Positions 50,719 to 64,000 of a stretch of 64,000 bases of DNA are shown piece by piece. Position 1 is the stretch's first letter; each line of letters opens with the position of its first letter. The notes under the pieces are model-generated. The model was not told the origin of the DNA. It was given only the letters and a program-made list of their open reading frames with translations, and did no database searches. Location of the stretch: NCBI RefSeq assembly GCF_026571515.1, contig NW_026859959.1, positions 248,001-312,000 of the forward strand, read 5' to 3'. The DNA is from Ruditapes philippinarum (lineage: Eukaryota). A program made the position numbers and the translations under genes.

Positions 50719-52371
50719 ATTTCTTTATACTTCAGCTAAATTTTCTGTGCCGTTTGTTACGTATGGTGTCTGATTTGTGCAATTCATGTTTTCGCACCGA
50801 TACCCCACCAAGCGAATGATCGAGAACAACTTACAATTTAAAACGCTGGGGTCGCGGAGCGAAAATATGCTTATTAGCGAGGGCGCGTAACAAAGTTTAA
50901 TAAATAAAGCTTCACAAACTAGAGAGATTTGTCGTTTTGAGTTTTAGGCGGAATGCCGCCAATCCGGAAGTGTCAATATTCTTTAAATGAGACCCGAGCT
51001 AAGGCAAAGGTCAAGACTAAAAATGTCCGAAACAAGATTTTGTGACATGTATTAAAGTTATGATGTTCTGCAACTAAAACTGATCAACCCTATTGGGCGT
51101 CACTGAACGACAAGGACGGCAAGACAATGTAATATGTAAATGTTTCGACGAACTTTCGTTATTCTGGCACATGGACTACTTATCTTATATTGATAAGTTA
51201 CCACTTTGAATAAGTTTACAGGATGCTCTTTGCAACACACGATTCATTCAAGTTTCTAGATCTTACTCTTATTACAAACAGATGATATTCACGATTTTGT
51301 TCGTAAACATGTACCTTATTAAGACGACGCAATTGAACTCATATTTCATACAGCTTGCAGTTTAAGTTCTAATTTTGAGCCAAGGAAACGCTGCTTGCCC
51401 TTGATCTTTTCAAGAGGCAGAATTTTAAATATGATTCTCATTGAATGAATTCACATTGATTACACCCGGAGTAACACGTTTTTTAATATTTTATACCTTC
51501 TTTGAAAATTTCGGATGAAACCTGCCACATTACATTTCATGCTCGCTCTAGAAATTTATCATCCTCCTTACAATGACAAATGTACTCCGTAATTCAATTC
51601 ATGGTCATTTTCGAATGTTTTGGTCATGCACACAAGTTAAAATGGTCAATGAAATATTTCATATTATTTACGTTTGTGGACTATTACTGTTACTGACTAT
51701 AACTAAAGCAACGTTAGTGTGTTTAAATTTCTGTCGCACACATGTATATTTTTATCAGAGTAGGCCGTATGTTACTAAACATTTTAAAACATACATTTTT
51801 ATTCGTATATTTATAATGTCATGCAAATCTATTCAATTCAAAAAAAAAGAAAATGAATTGCTTCTAAATGACCCATATCTAGCTTGTTTTCAATTAAATT
51901 TAATCTACTTTATTGTAGCGTCTTAAACTTATCCTCCAGTTGATCAATACATCATGAATTCTGACATTGCAGTAATGCTCCTTGCCATATCAAAGCAATT
52001 CATTTCATTTTCAACAGGTACAAAGTGGCACAAACCTAAAGATTAATTGTAGATATATTATCCTTTGTAGCATTATCCTGTTGAAATTGATAAAAATGTC
52101 TATGTTAAAATAAATGATCTTGTTTGTACAAACAATATTGATATATGAATTGATAACAATTTATTCTGCCGTAGAATAAATGAAAGCAACACTAACCCCC
52201 TCCCTGTGTTTCAATATTGACATTTTTATTAAAAACAAGATCTTAAAGTAAACTGGCAAACACACCAAACCACAAACATCGCCAAATATTTCAATCTAAA
52301 TCCGTGTTCAAATCGAAATGTTTTAATGCATAAAATACTGTAATAAGAAGCAAGTCGATTCAGTTGCCATC

Positions 52372-55365
52372 ATGAAAACATATTTAATAATACTTATAGT
52401 GATTGTTGCATGCTCCTCGGAGCCACACTGCTCTAAATTTCACTATGAGGAAAAATTGCTAGAAAAGATGATCAGGACAGAAATGTTTGTTGAAAATATG
52501 AAGAAACAAATATATGACATAGAAGCTAGAGTAACCGGTGCATTAGCTGAGCTCAAGGAAGATACAGTCACATGGAAAGGAGAAATAGAGACAATGCAAG
52601 AAAGCAGCGAGGCAAACCTTATTACTTTGCAAGAGAAAGCAAAGAGCGAGTTAGACAAAAATATGCAAGCAGTACAAGACCTTAAAGGTAATCTTTCTTA
52701 TTAAGTATGCTTTAATTAGTTTAAAGAATAATTAGTTTTAATATTAAAGAAAAAAAAGAGCTTTACAAGGATATGCAAGGAATGACCAACCTGGAATGTA
52801 ATCTGTCTTGTTTTACCTTATAATATTTGTTTTACAAAAATGTACTTTATTTAAAGTTACATAATGCCCATCTAAGGGTAAATAGTGAGTAAACAGGTTA
52901 AAATCAAAATAAGTTTACATTTGTCATGATTTTTCTTAATATTATAATTCACTTTGCATGAACTATTGATAAACCATATGGCCCAATGAAATTTCTAAAA
53001 AAAATCCGTTAAGTTCGATTCATTATTATTAATCATTATTTAGTGAAGCAGTCCTTTTATAATGTATGCAAATTATTATTTTATCCTAAGCATTTTCCAA
53101 TATTCATTGTTGGTCAATCACCATTATAACAGTCAATCTTATGAAATATATAATGAATTCAGCTCAACTTGACAATGAAAGAATGAGCATAATGTCACTT
53201 TAAACTTTCAGTGTCACCAATTCTTGCCTGAAGAACTTCGATTAAAAAAGAAATGAATACAGCAAGAATATTGAATATATATTTTGATTGTGTGACAAAG
53301 TGCATTGCATCAGCGATCTTATTTAAATATGCATCGATTATCATACTCGTGAAAGACAGATAAACTGTTTTAATTATCAATAACGAATCATGAGGGAATA
53401 AGGTAAACAAAACTTTGTTTCTTTAAAAAGAAACACTCACTGCATAATTGAAAATCAAAGTACATAATGTAATGATGAACTTTGGTCATTGGTTACTGAG
53501 TATTTGCCAGACAAAGTAAACCAATTATTCTACATGTATCAGAACATATTAAATTGCATTGGTGCAATGCAATTAAAATTTGCACAAATCCATGGCGGTG
53601 TTGATTGAATGATTGAAAGGCTCCATCATGCTACCAGTTCGTTATAAAAACCAACCAGACATGAAGAAAAAAAAATAACACGGCAAATGGTTTTAGAAAA
53701 AAGAACAACATGTACCTTGTTGATGTTATACCGTTACTCCGTTATTTATTTTCTTTGACAATGTTTCTATACGTAAAGCATGGTAAATGAATGAGTACTG
53801 GCATTGGAACTAAATGACTTCCAATGTAAAAGTACTGGTACTGCATCGAAATCTAGTACTGGAACTGGTAATGCACAAGTTGGCAAATACTTGTAATGGT
53901 ACTGCGCATGCTGGCAAATGTTGATACTGGTACTGCACAAATCGACAAATAATGGTATAAGTACCACATCCAAAGTTCTGATGCATCTCTAATGTTTAGT
54001 GTGACTCACAATTTTTTTTCTAGATGTCTATATTTTTAATTGTGTTCTTCAACGCAACGTATATTTTGTCTTTATGGTGACAGTTGATACTTGTCGTTGG
54101 GTCGTTTGTCCCAGCTTTGAAATGTTTAATTCATCGCGCATCATATAAATAATTAAAACCCGTGTTAATTCTTTGATTCAGTTTAACTCACCTATTGCTG
54201 GCTGTCCCTTTTGTTGCTGGTAGAATACATAGGTTTAGTAATATCATGATTAATATTTATGACTGCATAACATATAGAAATAAACATACCCAAATGAACG
54301 CCCAAAACGGCAAAATTGACAATGTAAGAGGAAGTTCGACTTGATGAGCATGTTCATGAATGGTATTTGAAAGTGCAATTTACCTTCCACACCCCTTACC
54401 ACCGGCTTAAGCAGAATTCAACAGTTAACATAATAAAATTTTGAATTTAGAAACATCCACAGATGATACTTTATTTATAAATCACATAAGAGAGCTTCCT
54501 TAAATATCTCGCGTTTACGTGCTAATTCTATAGTAACTACGACATTCTAATAGAAACAACGAGATTTACCCATAACGCAGTCATAATATTTTCTTGTATA
54601 TCAAGATAAACCGCCTTTGGAATTTGCATTACCCCATGTGTGGCATACTTTGGTAAAAATCTTGCTTTTGCGCCTATATTTGAAGTTATGTAGTACTAAA
54701 TTTTATCATGCATTATTTTCATGATAACGTGATAAATATTTCGTTACTTTAAAATAATGTTCTTTTATTTACGAGATGCTTTGTAGTTATTACGAAACAG
54801 TAATGTACTAGAACACAAGAGAGTTTATTGTTACAACTAGAAAACTTGATCGAAACAATATGTTTACTTTTTCTCCTCGACTTTTGTGAAAACTGTTATA
54901 CTGACGTATGATTTTTACTTGTATACGCTTATTTCAGATAAAGTTGTGTCACCAAATATTGCATTTCATGCAAAGAACGTGAAAAATAACAATCCCGTAG
55001 CTGGCAATACCATTGTATTCACTGACATAGTTCTTAACCTTGGCGACCGTTACAATTCTGATACTGGAGTATTTACTGTTCCACTTGGAGGCATTTATTT
55101 GTTTACTGTTCAATTTTGTAAAAATAAAGGTCAACGTATTGATTATGGATTGGTCGTTGATGGTGTTAATAGGGATGCAGCAATATACCAGGACAACTAT
55201 GTTGGTCATGTTTCCTGCTTCAAATTAACTACAATAGTCTCAGTGAAGTCAGGTAACAAAGTTTAGGTGAAGGTAATATATCGCTCGGGAAGCGGCCAGA
55301 TTTTACATCATTATGACGCACAATGCTGGACATCATTTTCCGGAGTTATTATTCATTCAGAATAA
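52372..55365 (+). pseudogene. C1qDC subfamily D copy 3 (premature stop in the C1q domain)
   Basis: Exon 1 52372-52687 is intact. Exon 2 54938-55365 has TAG at 55264-55266 where D1 has TGG, removing the last C1q strands. Confidence 0.85.
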
Positions 55366-58079
55366 TTCAGTATATTCAAATTGACGTTTACGTACGAAGA
55401 AATACAACTTTTACTTAATTATATCTGAATTTTTGGATTGTATTAGTTATTGTGTTTTTAATTGCTATATGTTTGTATTCTATTTTCTTTGGATAACAAT
55501 GTTTCATTTAGATATATCCTTGAAATATTAATTAGAATAATGATTTTGTTTACATTTACTACACTGTGAAATGATGACTACATGTAATTTTAAAAAAGTA
55601 GACGAATTATGCGCAAATTTTGTCAATCATAAACAAATGAAAATTTTACCATTCTACACTCTATTACAAGTAAAAATAAATATTAAAGATAATTGCAAAC
55701 ACATCCACATATGTGAAAGTTTATGTCTAAAAGTAATAAACAATTTTATATATTGTCCTTTGTAATATGATTATATATATATGTAAAAACAAGAAAGTCT
55801 ATTAAATTTATTACTTGCAATATAATTATACTCGTATTTCACTCGGGAGTAAAATAGAATTATATTTCACGTTTTAACACCAATTGCTATTCAACACCAG
55901 TTCTTATCATATTTTACCCACGGAACCAGCTACAATTTCAATTTCGCCCGTGAACGCCAAAAGTTATCGATACATGTATTTTTACATATTTTATTCACGC
56001 GTGAAAACAAGCCGCTATCAATAGTTATTTTCTTGAACACTAGCTTGCATTCATACTTCACTCGTGAACACCAAGATTTGTTTATATTTCACTCATGAAC
56101 ACATATTTAACTTTTGAATATCAGTTGTTACGTTATCAATACTCATGAAAGTATTGTTACCGCTGCTCCCACATTAAGTCAAACTGAATAGAAAAATATT
56201 CCTGCTTCAATGATGAAAGAAGGAAAGTCACTATTTGTGTATGTATGGCTTGTTACAAAGTACGAAAAACAACAAAAACAATTAACATTGCTCGTGTTTA
56301 CCAAACATCTACTGAAGATCAGTAACCAAAGCAAACATATTAAATGCTTAATGGTCAACAGACCTCATCAATCGTTCATAGGTCATCAAACATTCACAGG
56401 GGAGTAAGTATGGACTGTCTGATTTCCTTACAGTATGTAAGCCTATAAATTATAAAAATATTTTAATGTTTAACTTGTATCAGTTTGTGTTTGCTGGATC
56501 ACAGTCTCAAAACTGTGTTATACGTTCTTCTACAATTGAAAAAATGAAACACAAGTACTTTATATTTTTCTTTTACATTAAACATGGCTAATATCTTAAA
56601 CCATATGAATAATTTCAGCTAAGTTTATATTAGTTTGAAGCCTTATTAGTCTTTGTGCTATTAAATGAAATGCAAATAGAAATAGACGTCTGAAATAGAC
56701 GTGTACAAATATCTTTTATCAACATACCATACAAATCATGTATATAGAAATATGAATCATACAAACAATAACAGACAAACGGGTGTTTATTAAATTCAAT
56801 TTCTAGTAAAAGGCATTACTCTTTGATTATATTTAATCATTTAAGAAAATGTGGAAACACGTTATTTCATTTTTTTTCTGTGATGAACGTGTTATATTCA
56901 ATTTCGTTATGGCATTAATTTTGATTGAAAATTCATTTTGGTACAGAGATGTTTCTCCATTTATACTCTGTCATATGATATCCTTGCCACACTTGTACAC
57001 TCACCAACTCACTCAAATACTCTCACACTAACACACTAACATACTCAGGCACAGGCACTTCCAAATTCTTTAGATATTCAAATAAAATATAGCTAGTTGT
57101 TCTAGGTCTTGTTACAGATACTTATGAATTCAGAACTAAAACATTTCGTTCACTATATATGTCATTCCTTATTACCAAAATAAGTTGTGAACTGTTTCTT
57201 GGCTAGATGTACGTAAGTACGAAGGCAAGCACACCGAACACATAAATGCTAACATAGAAAGGCACATTTACACAAGTGTTTTGTCAAATCGTAAAGCTCA
57301 AAACGTTAATTCGTGAAGTTAAATTCGTGAATATTAGGAGCTGAAACTGTTTAAAACAGCAAACGAGAAGCCTAATTGTCCAGATATTAATTTATAGATG
57401 AATAAACTGCTTATTACATGCAAATAAATGTATTTCCAATTAAAGTAATCGAACCATTCAGTTGATACTGTAGATGAGAGAATCATAACATTGAATACAT
57501 GCTTAATAAACGTTCATACGCTAAAGGGAGAAAGAGCTGTAGTAACTTTTTAGTGTGTAAGCCTATGTACTGAATGTGCTTATTTTGTCAAAGTTAATTA
57601 ATTTTTTAAATTGTGAAAATTGACACAAAAATGACAAGCGTTTAAGATTAAATATTAAATAAGAATAGGTTAATAGAACAAAATAAATTTTAAATTGCAA
57701 TATATATACACTTAAAGACGTACATTCAGTCTCTTATTCACGAAGTTACAACTGTTCTAATAATTAAAATTAAATATATATTCCTACATTTTGTGTAATG
57801 TAAATCCATTGTAACCATTGTTTATATAATTATAAACTATACGAACTTAAATGCATTACTGTTAGTACATAACTGAAACACCATTAAAGTTTTCATACTC
57901 TACGCTAAAAATGAATAAAAGTTTTAATATAATAACTCTATTATAAACTAAGCAAGTAATGATCAATTTGGGAACTTTATGATCTAACGCATACACTAAT
58001 AACACAAGTCTGCAAATCAACAAATGTGGTACATAGTTCACGAAAAGATAGTTTGTTGTGAATGTAGCATAAATAAATT

Positions 58080-58975
58080 TCAAAAACAAAGTACTTTGAA
58101 TCGAATATATACACCAGAAAATGTATTAAAGAATTTAACCTTGTAGCTATCTGATAATGTAGTTATAATTTGTTTCACGTAAACGACGACACCCAGATTC
58201 AGATTTGCAACAACTGGTAAGTTCTTACATGAATCTTATGTTGGTGATAGCTTGGCCTTAGCAATACATTCGTCATTAACATAAATCCTAATGTCTAATG
58301 CTCTTCCGCTTAGAATATACAGTTGAACCGTTAAGTAATATATGCCAGCTAATATACCTACAAATGAGCCATATCTTGGGTTATATCAACTTCCAGTGTT
58401 GATTTTACTTCAGGAAATATTATAGTTTCACCGTCAGAGTATCGACATTTATTCAAATGTACATCATAGAAGATAATTCTAGATTTTGAAACATAAATTG
58501 AGAAAAATTAAGACTTTGTGAGAATTTTGCTACAAAAAGCAACAGATAATTTCACATACATCTTTACCGGATGATGCAACCTGTCCTGGCCACCATCAGT
58601 GTCAGTCAAATGTCTAGTCTGATCATCTGCTTTTCTTAACTGAATATGTTCAATGCTGTGCATCATTTCATTGAGTATGTCGCTATCATGTTTAAATTAT
58701 TTTCTGACTTATTTCATAATCAGTCTAAAATGTTTCATTGTTTCCCTTTCAGCAGAATAGTATATAAGAGAATTGATTCCCCTGTATTTCGTGCTTTGTC
58801 TCGAGCTTTGTTTACTTTGATAATTGTTTCTCGAACTATGCTCTCCATCTATGTAAGCATGTGCTCAAAAACTGTCAGTATTATAGATATGCCATTTGTT
58901 TTAAAGATCAAACATAAGCACGATTTAAGACAATAAACGCAACGGCGAGTAAAATCTTACATCAATTACCATCAT
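58080..58975 (-). pseudogene. C1qDC subfamily C pseudogene
   Basis: Minus-strand translation YSDGETIIFPEVK/INTGS*YNPRYGSFVGILAGIYYLTVQL..LNLGVVVYVK..FNTFSGVYI; intron 58559-58479; degenerate signal peptide KILLAVAFIVL. Confidence 0.8.
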
Positions 58976-59664
58976 TGCCCCATATGAAGAAAATGCGTGC
59001 AATTTATTTTCACTTAGATTTGTATTAGTTATTAAAACTAAACTTTGTACTGTAAAATATAAGATATGTGATTTCAATACTGCTTTGGTTAGGGTGAGCA
59101 GACATGTTTTTTTAATACATAGTCATCTCATCCGTTGGTTTTTAAGAAATTTGATTTAAGGTAACCCTGACGGACTTAGATATATGTTATCAACCTTTAA
59201 GCGAAACTAGCACACCTGTGAGTTTTGAAATTTTTTAGATTGTCATGATTCTAATCTTGTAAAAAAGAATATTTAATATATTTCAAAATGTTCGAGACCT
59301 TATAATTTAAGTATTATTAATGCATTATACTTAAAGATATATCTGTGAAGGCTTTACAAAAGAAATGATTGAGTGGATTAGAAATACGAAATATATATAA
59401 AGCTATTAGAGATTGTTCAATTCATTAAGTTGATATCGTATTATGTTGTACACTCACTAAACAAGCAATTAGGTCTTTAAATAAACGTTCGTAGAATGTT
59501 AATTATGACAATGTATGAACAGAAGAAATTATCCTGTACTTATCATATTGAAACATAGACCATTAGTTCTATTCAATTTGTTTTGTTTTATGTAGTTGTA
59601 GAGGAAGTCCAAAACGAAAAGAAAAAAACGTGAGTCCCTTAATTATCACAAACATTTTTAGTAT

Positions 59665-59820
59665 ACAGTTATTTCATACGTGATTAAGGAACAGTCAAAC
59701 TGTCGGCCTGAGTTGGGGGATAGTGTTTTGAACTCCTGCCCGAGACCGTAGGCTATCGTCGACATCAAGGGACAAGGGACAACTGTTTGACTGTTCACAA
59801 ATCACGTATGAAATAACTGT
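59665..59820. mobile_element. Palindromic MITE-like element
   Basis: Arms acagttatttcatacgtgatt..gaacagtcaaac / gtttgactgttc..aatcacgtatgaaataactgt; central gaccgtaggc. Confidence 0.75.
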
Positions 59821-60435
59821 TTTATTACCTGATCAATTAGTGTTTTTACGCTTCAAGAGGAAATCTGCTATGACGTCAAGCACGCGAGGGAAACAGTCGA
59901 AACTATTGACTGGTCAACAATTCGCGTAAGTGGATATTTTTAGAATTTCAGAAAACGGTATAAAATACCAAATTACATTTATTTAAGGTATAAGATAAAG
60001 AAAATAAACTCGAAGTCAATAACCATAATATATATTAATATTTTTCAATGTTCAGCTAATTAATTTCAGCTTGACAGCAAAAAATGAACATACTAGTATA
60101 TCGGTCGTTTATGTAACATAATTCTTTTTAAGATATATTAACATAAAAAATAAGTTAACTTAAGGTTAACTGTCCGCATACGGTAACCTTTCAACATAAT
60201 TGGTCACGCCGTAAGCTCATTATGAAGTATAGACCACTATAATATATATTATAAATAAACATAAACAATATGAAATTCAATTTTAGAGAAATAATATATC
60301 ATCTGCAAACTTGAACGAGACACTTTAAGAAGAAAATAAGACAAGTTCCAGTCGATTTTATAGCAAAATAACATCTAAATATTTATTGATGTTTATCAAG
60401 ATATTTTTTTATTATTTGAACCTTTAAAATTAAAA

Positions 60436-61732
60436 ATGATGTTTTGTATGATAACTTTGCTTGTTTTATGTGTCTGTGACTATTCCGTTCCAAATCAAGA
60501 GGGGGATTTGTTAGACACAGAAACACAACTTGAACATTTAGCAAAGAAAGTGAAGCAGGAAATGATTAAAATGAGAAATAAAGTGGATAAAAGTCTCAAA
60601 TATTTGAAAAATAAAGAATTTGACTGGCTGCAATATTACTTTGGACTAAAGAGAAGAATTCCAAAGGAAAATAAAGTTTTGAAAGAAGCAGAGAGAAAGG
60701 TTGGGGAAATGATTCATAAACTGAAAGATTACAGAACGGATATTAGACTAAAAGTTCATAAATATTAAGTGCTGATCGGAGACACCAGTCATGGTAGGTT
60801 TTGTTTAATGACATCTTGAAGCTGATAAAATTCTTCATAAGTTTATGCATTTAAGAATATGTCCCTTGTGCTATCTATGCACATCATTTTGATTCATGTC
60901 AATTAGCAGTGCCAATCTAGTTACCAGGTCTAGTAACTTAAAATAGTTTAAATACATTTATTTTAGCTCGTTCATGATAAAAGCTTGAAGCTTATTTGAA
61001 ACACCGTAGAGTGCGCTGCCTGAAACTAACTAGTGTGGAGGATTTATGAAAACACGAAGTCGTGATCATAGAAGACCTCGAACCTATGAACCCTTGGTTA
61101 AGAGGACGACACTTTTACCACCAAATCATCGTTCACTAGCTTTACTTAACTCTTTACTATTATCATACTATGAAGAGACTAGCTCCGTTGCATTTTCATG
61201 TTTTCTTCTTCTTATATTCAATTCAATAAATGTATCATGTAGAAAATATATCAAACCTCATTTTTTAAATATAAAAAAACCACTTTTGTTCGTAAATTTC
61301 GGATAGTTTCTTAATATTTAATCTGACTTTTTAACATCAGGTTCATCGAAATCCAAAGACGTTTCCTTTCGATCTAAAGATCCTTTAAAGACATATCTGG
61401 AAGGTGTTTTACAAACACGCATGTGAACAACGGCAATACGTATGATAACATCACTGGGGTTTTAATTGCTCCAGTTACCGGAACTTACTATTTCGTATTA
61501 CAGCTATGTCTTGGAGGAAATTATGTAGACTTGTCAATTCGCAAAGGCGATTATTTATATAGCTGGGCACGTTTCTTCCCATATCATTTGTCGTGTCAGA
61601 CAGTAGATATGTTGACTCCGTTACAAAAAAGGTGATGAAGTGTATGCTTCCAAGACATCCTCTTGGGATTACAATATAATGCATGTCGGCAATGACCTTT
61701 ACAACACTTTCTCTGGAGTACTTATTGCTTGA
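60436..61732 (+). pseudogene. C1qDC subfamily A copy 4 pseudogene
   Basis: AAA>TAA at 60766-60768; exon 2 (61341-61732) has a 14-nt deletion at about 61407 and a +1 A at about 61630. Confidence 0.9.
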
Positions 61733-62789
61733 ACTGTTTATTCTAAAGTTCCAAATTATCATTATGTCATTCCGGGATACAAGGACTTTCCTCACGTTGT
61801 ACGTTGTATTACACAGCCAATTTACCGGATTATACTAATACAAGCTAACTTGTATTAATTATACATGCATACAAATTTAAATGATATCGTAGTATGTATT
61901 TCAATCTTAAAGTTAGGGTTTTCGTGCCGTTTGATATAATACAGTTAATTTGACCTTATTATCAAAAGTATATTTGATTAAACAATAAAAACAGTTGAAC
62001 CAGAATATGACTTTGACATTTTTAATTCATTTGGGATACCTATATTGTCATCTATAGGATGATAATGGTGAACACTTCAAAGCTATTAACAGTTTTAATC
62101 AGGCAAATCATATAGTTATTTTTTACGTATCTATTAAAAAAATTCGTTATTCCTGCTAGAAAGATAATTCATGTTTGTGTTTCATAAAAGGTTTTAAGTT
62201 TAATTATTTAAAAGGGAAAAGGTAAGCAAAGAGATAAATATCATTCAGTCGTTAATACGTTCATGCCTCACTGGTTTCAAGCACAAGAATATGCATTTTC
62301 AGTTGTTGTTGTAATTATATGGATTATCGGTGACGACCAAAACTGTGACACAATTAATTTCTTTTCTTACCCTATCCCTACTTAATAATCGAACTTTTAA
62401 CTTTTGATAAAAAACAAACCTTTATGTTTGAGAATTAAATGCATATAATTACAATGAAATGTTTTTTAATATTAGTTTTGAAATTCCACATTTTAACTCT
62501 TCTCTAGATCTCATGCAAATAGATGAGCACAAATATTATCTTTTATTATATACTCATAAATGAAATATTGAGAAATATTGATGAAATAAAATGCGTATTT
62601 TCATTTTCTGTATTTTCACTGTAAAAATTTATTTTTCACTGCAGTGAAACATATTTTCCGTATTTTCACTGGTGTCTTGCCGGACTACTTTCTTTTAAAT
62701 TCTGCCAGTACACAAAATTTAAGGGAAAGTCTTTTAAATTTTAATGTCAAAAAAGAGAAAAATGTATATAATAAATAGATGTATATAAT

Positions 62790-62956
62790 AAATAGAAAAT
62801 TCACGTTTTTTCTATAAATACATGATTTATTTTCATCTTGTGGCATGAAAATTACCATATTTCACTCGTGGCTACCGCCACTCATGTAATATTTATTTTC
62901 ATACCACTCGATGAAAATAAATCATGTATTTATAGAAAAAACTTGAATATCCTCTA
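62790..62956. mobile_element. Palindromic element with CACTCGTGGCTAC(C)GCCACTC core
   Basis: Arms ttttttctataaatacatgatttattttcatc / gatgaaaataaatcatgtatttatagaaaaaa. Confidence 0.75.
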
Positions 62957-64000
62957 TGAGATACATCATTTTTATTTTACCCATCAACAATAATATTTGA
63001 AGTTAGCAGGAGTGGATTAAAGGGGCAATATGCCCTGTAACACCGCATGGCCAATGTGAACTTATTTTGACTTTCATCTGTTTCATCACTTTGGGGTCAA
63101 ACGCACTTTGGTGTCAAAGTTTGACACCAAAATGCGTTATACAGGTTCATATGCATATCTTGACATCAGACAAAAGTAACATACTTTGGGGTCATAAAAA
63201 TTGAATAAATAAGATCGAATTATAGTGATATTTTTAAATAATATCTTGTACTTGATGCCAATCGTAAAACGAAGTAGGCTAAATGTATTACGTGTGCTAA
63301 CAATAGCAGACGATTGATTGTTTTAATTTGTTGTATCTAATGGTTGCAATTTATTATGGTTATAATATTCAATTAATTGTCTCATAGGATATTATCTTAA
63401 AAGTTATAAGATATTTTGATATGATTGATGTGTATTGTGTGTAATTATACATAAGATGACATATCCATGAACTAGCGATAATTGTACAAATTGTGTGTCA
63501 TACATATTTCCATCTACATGTTGTAATTAAATTCCAGTCCCTTATACGATATGATCTGTTCAGGACCCATTAAAATATGTTGAACGGAGGTTACCTTTCT
63601 AAATTGATTAATTATAGTTTTTTCTATGTTGAATGTTGTAGAAAAAGACTTGAATTGAAGGTATTCAGGCTGTGTCAATTTGCCCCTACTGGAAAAATGT
63701 ACCATTTAATATGGCTTCCAAGATGGATACAATATTATAAGAATTCGCAATGCTTAACAAGATCTAAGTGTATAATTATCTAAATGAAAATCCAATTATG
63801 GTAGGAATTATTTTCAATCCCGTATATTTTGTAATTTTCGGAAAAAAAGATATCTCGTCTCATTTCAAAATGGCAGCGGTTTTAGGTTGTTCATCAAACA
63901 GACATGTTTTTCAAAACCTGAAGTATTACCCAAATTAATACGTAAGTTTATTTTGTTTCAAAGTATAAACTGTCCCGTGCTATAAATAAACATTTTCATC

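Overview
AT-rich, intron-containing eukaryotic DNA, most consistent with a bivalve mollusc (inferred from the gene family and repeat types). The window is a tandem cluster of two-exon C1q-domain-containing (C1qDC) genes. Exon 1 encodes a signal peptide plus coiled coil; exon 2 encodes the globular C1q domain; the intron is phase 1 in A, B and D. There are four subfamilies, labelled here A (4 copies), B (2), C (1 pseudogene plus 1 fragment) and D (3). Only A1, A2, B2 and D1 look intact. The cluster is heavily invaded by transposons. An 11.8-kb nested insertion (unclassified repeat > CR1/L2-type LINE > recent Ty3/Gypsy LTR element) replaces the C1q exon of B1. The Gypsy element has a tRNA-Leu PBS, ATAT TSD, a -1 frameshift signal and a deleted integrase core. 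The 7.2-kb D1 intron holds a nested hAT-type MITE and a mariner relic. SINEs, HINE/pearl-like elements, palindromic MITEs and two assembly gaps (46674-46985, 48525-48685) are also present.
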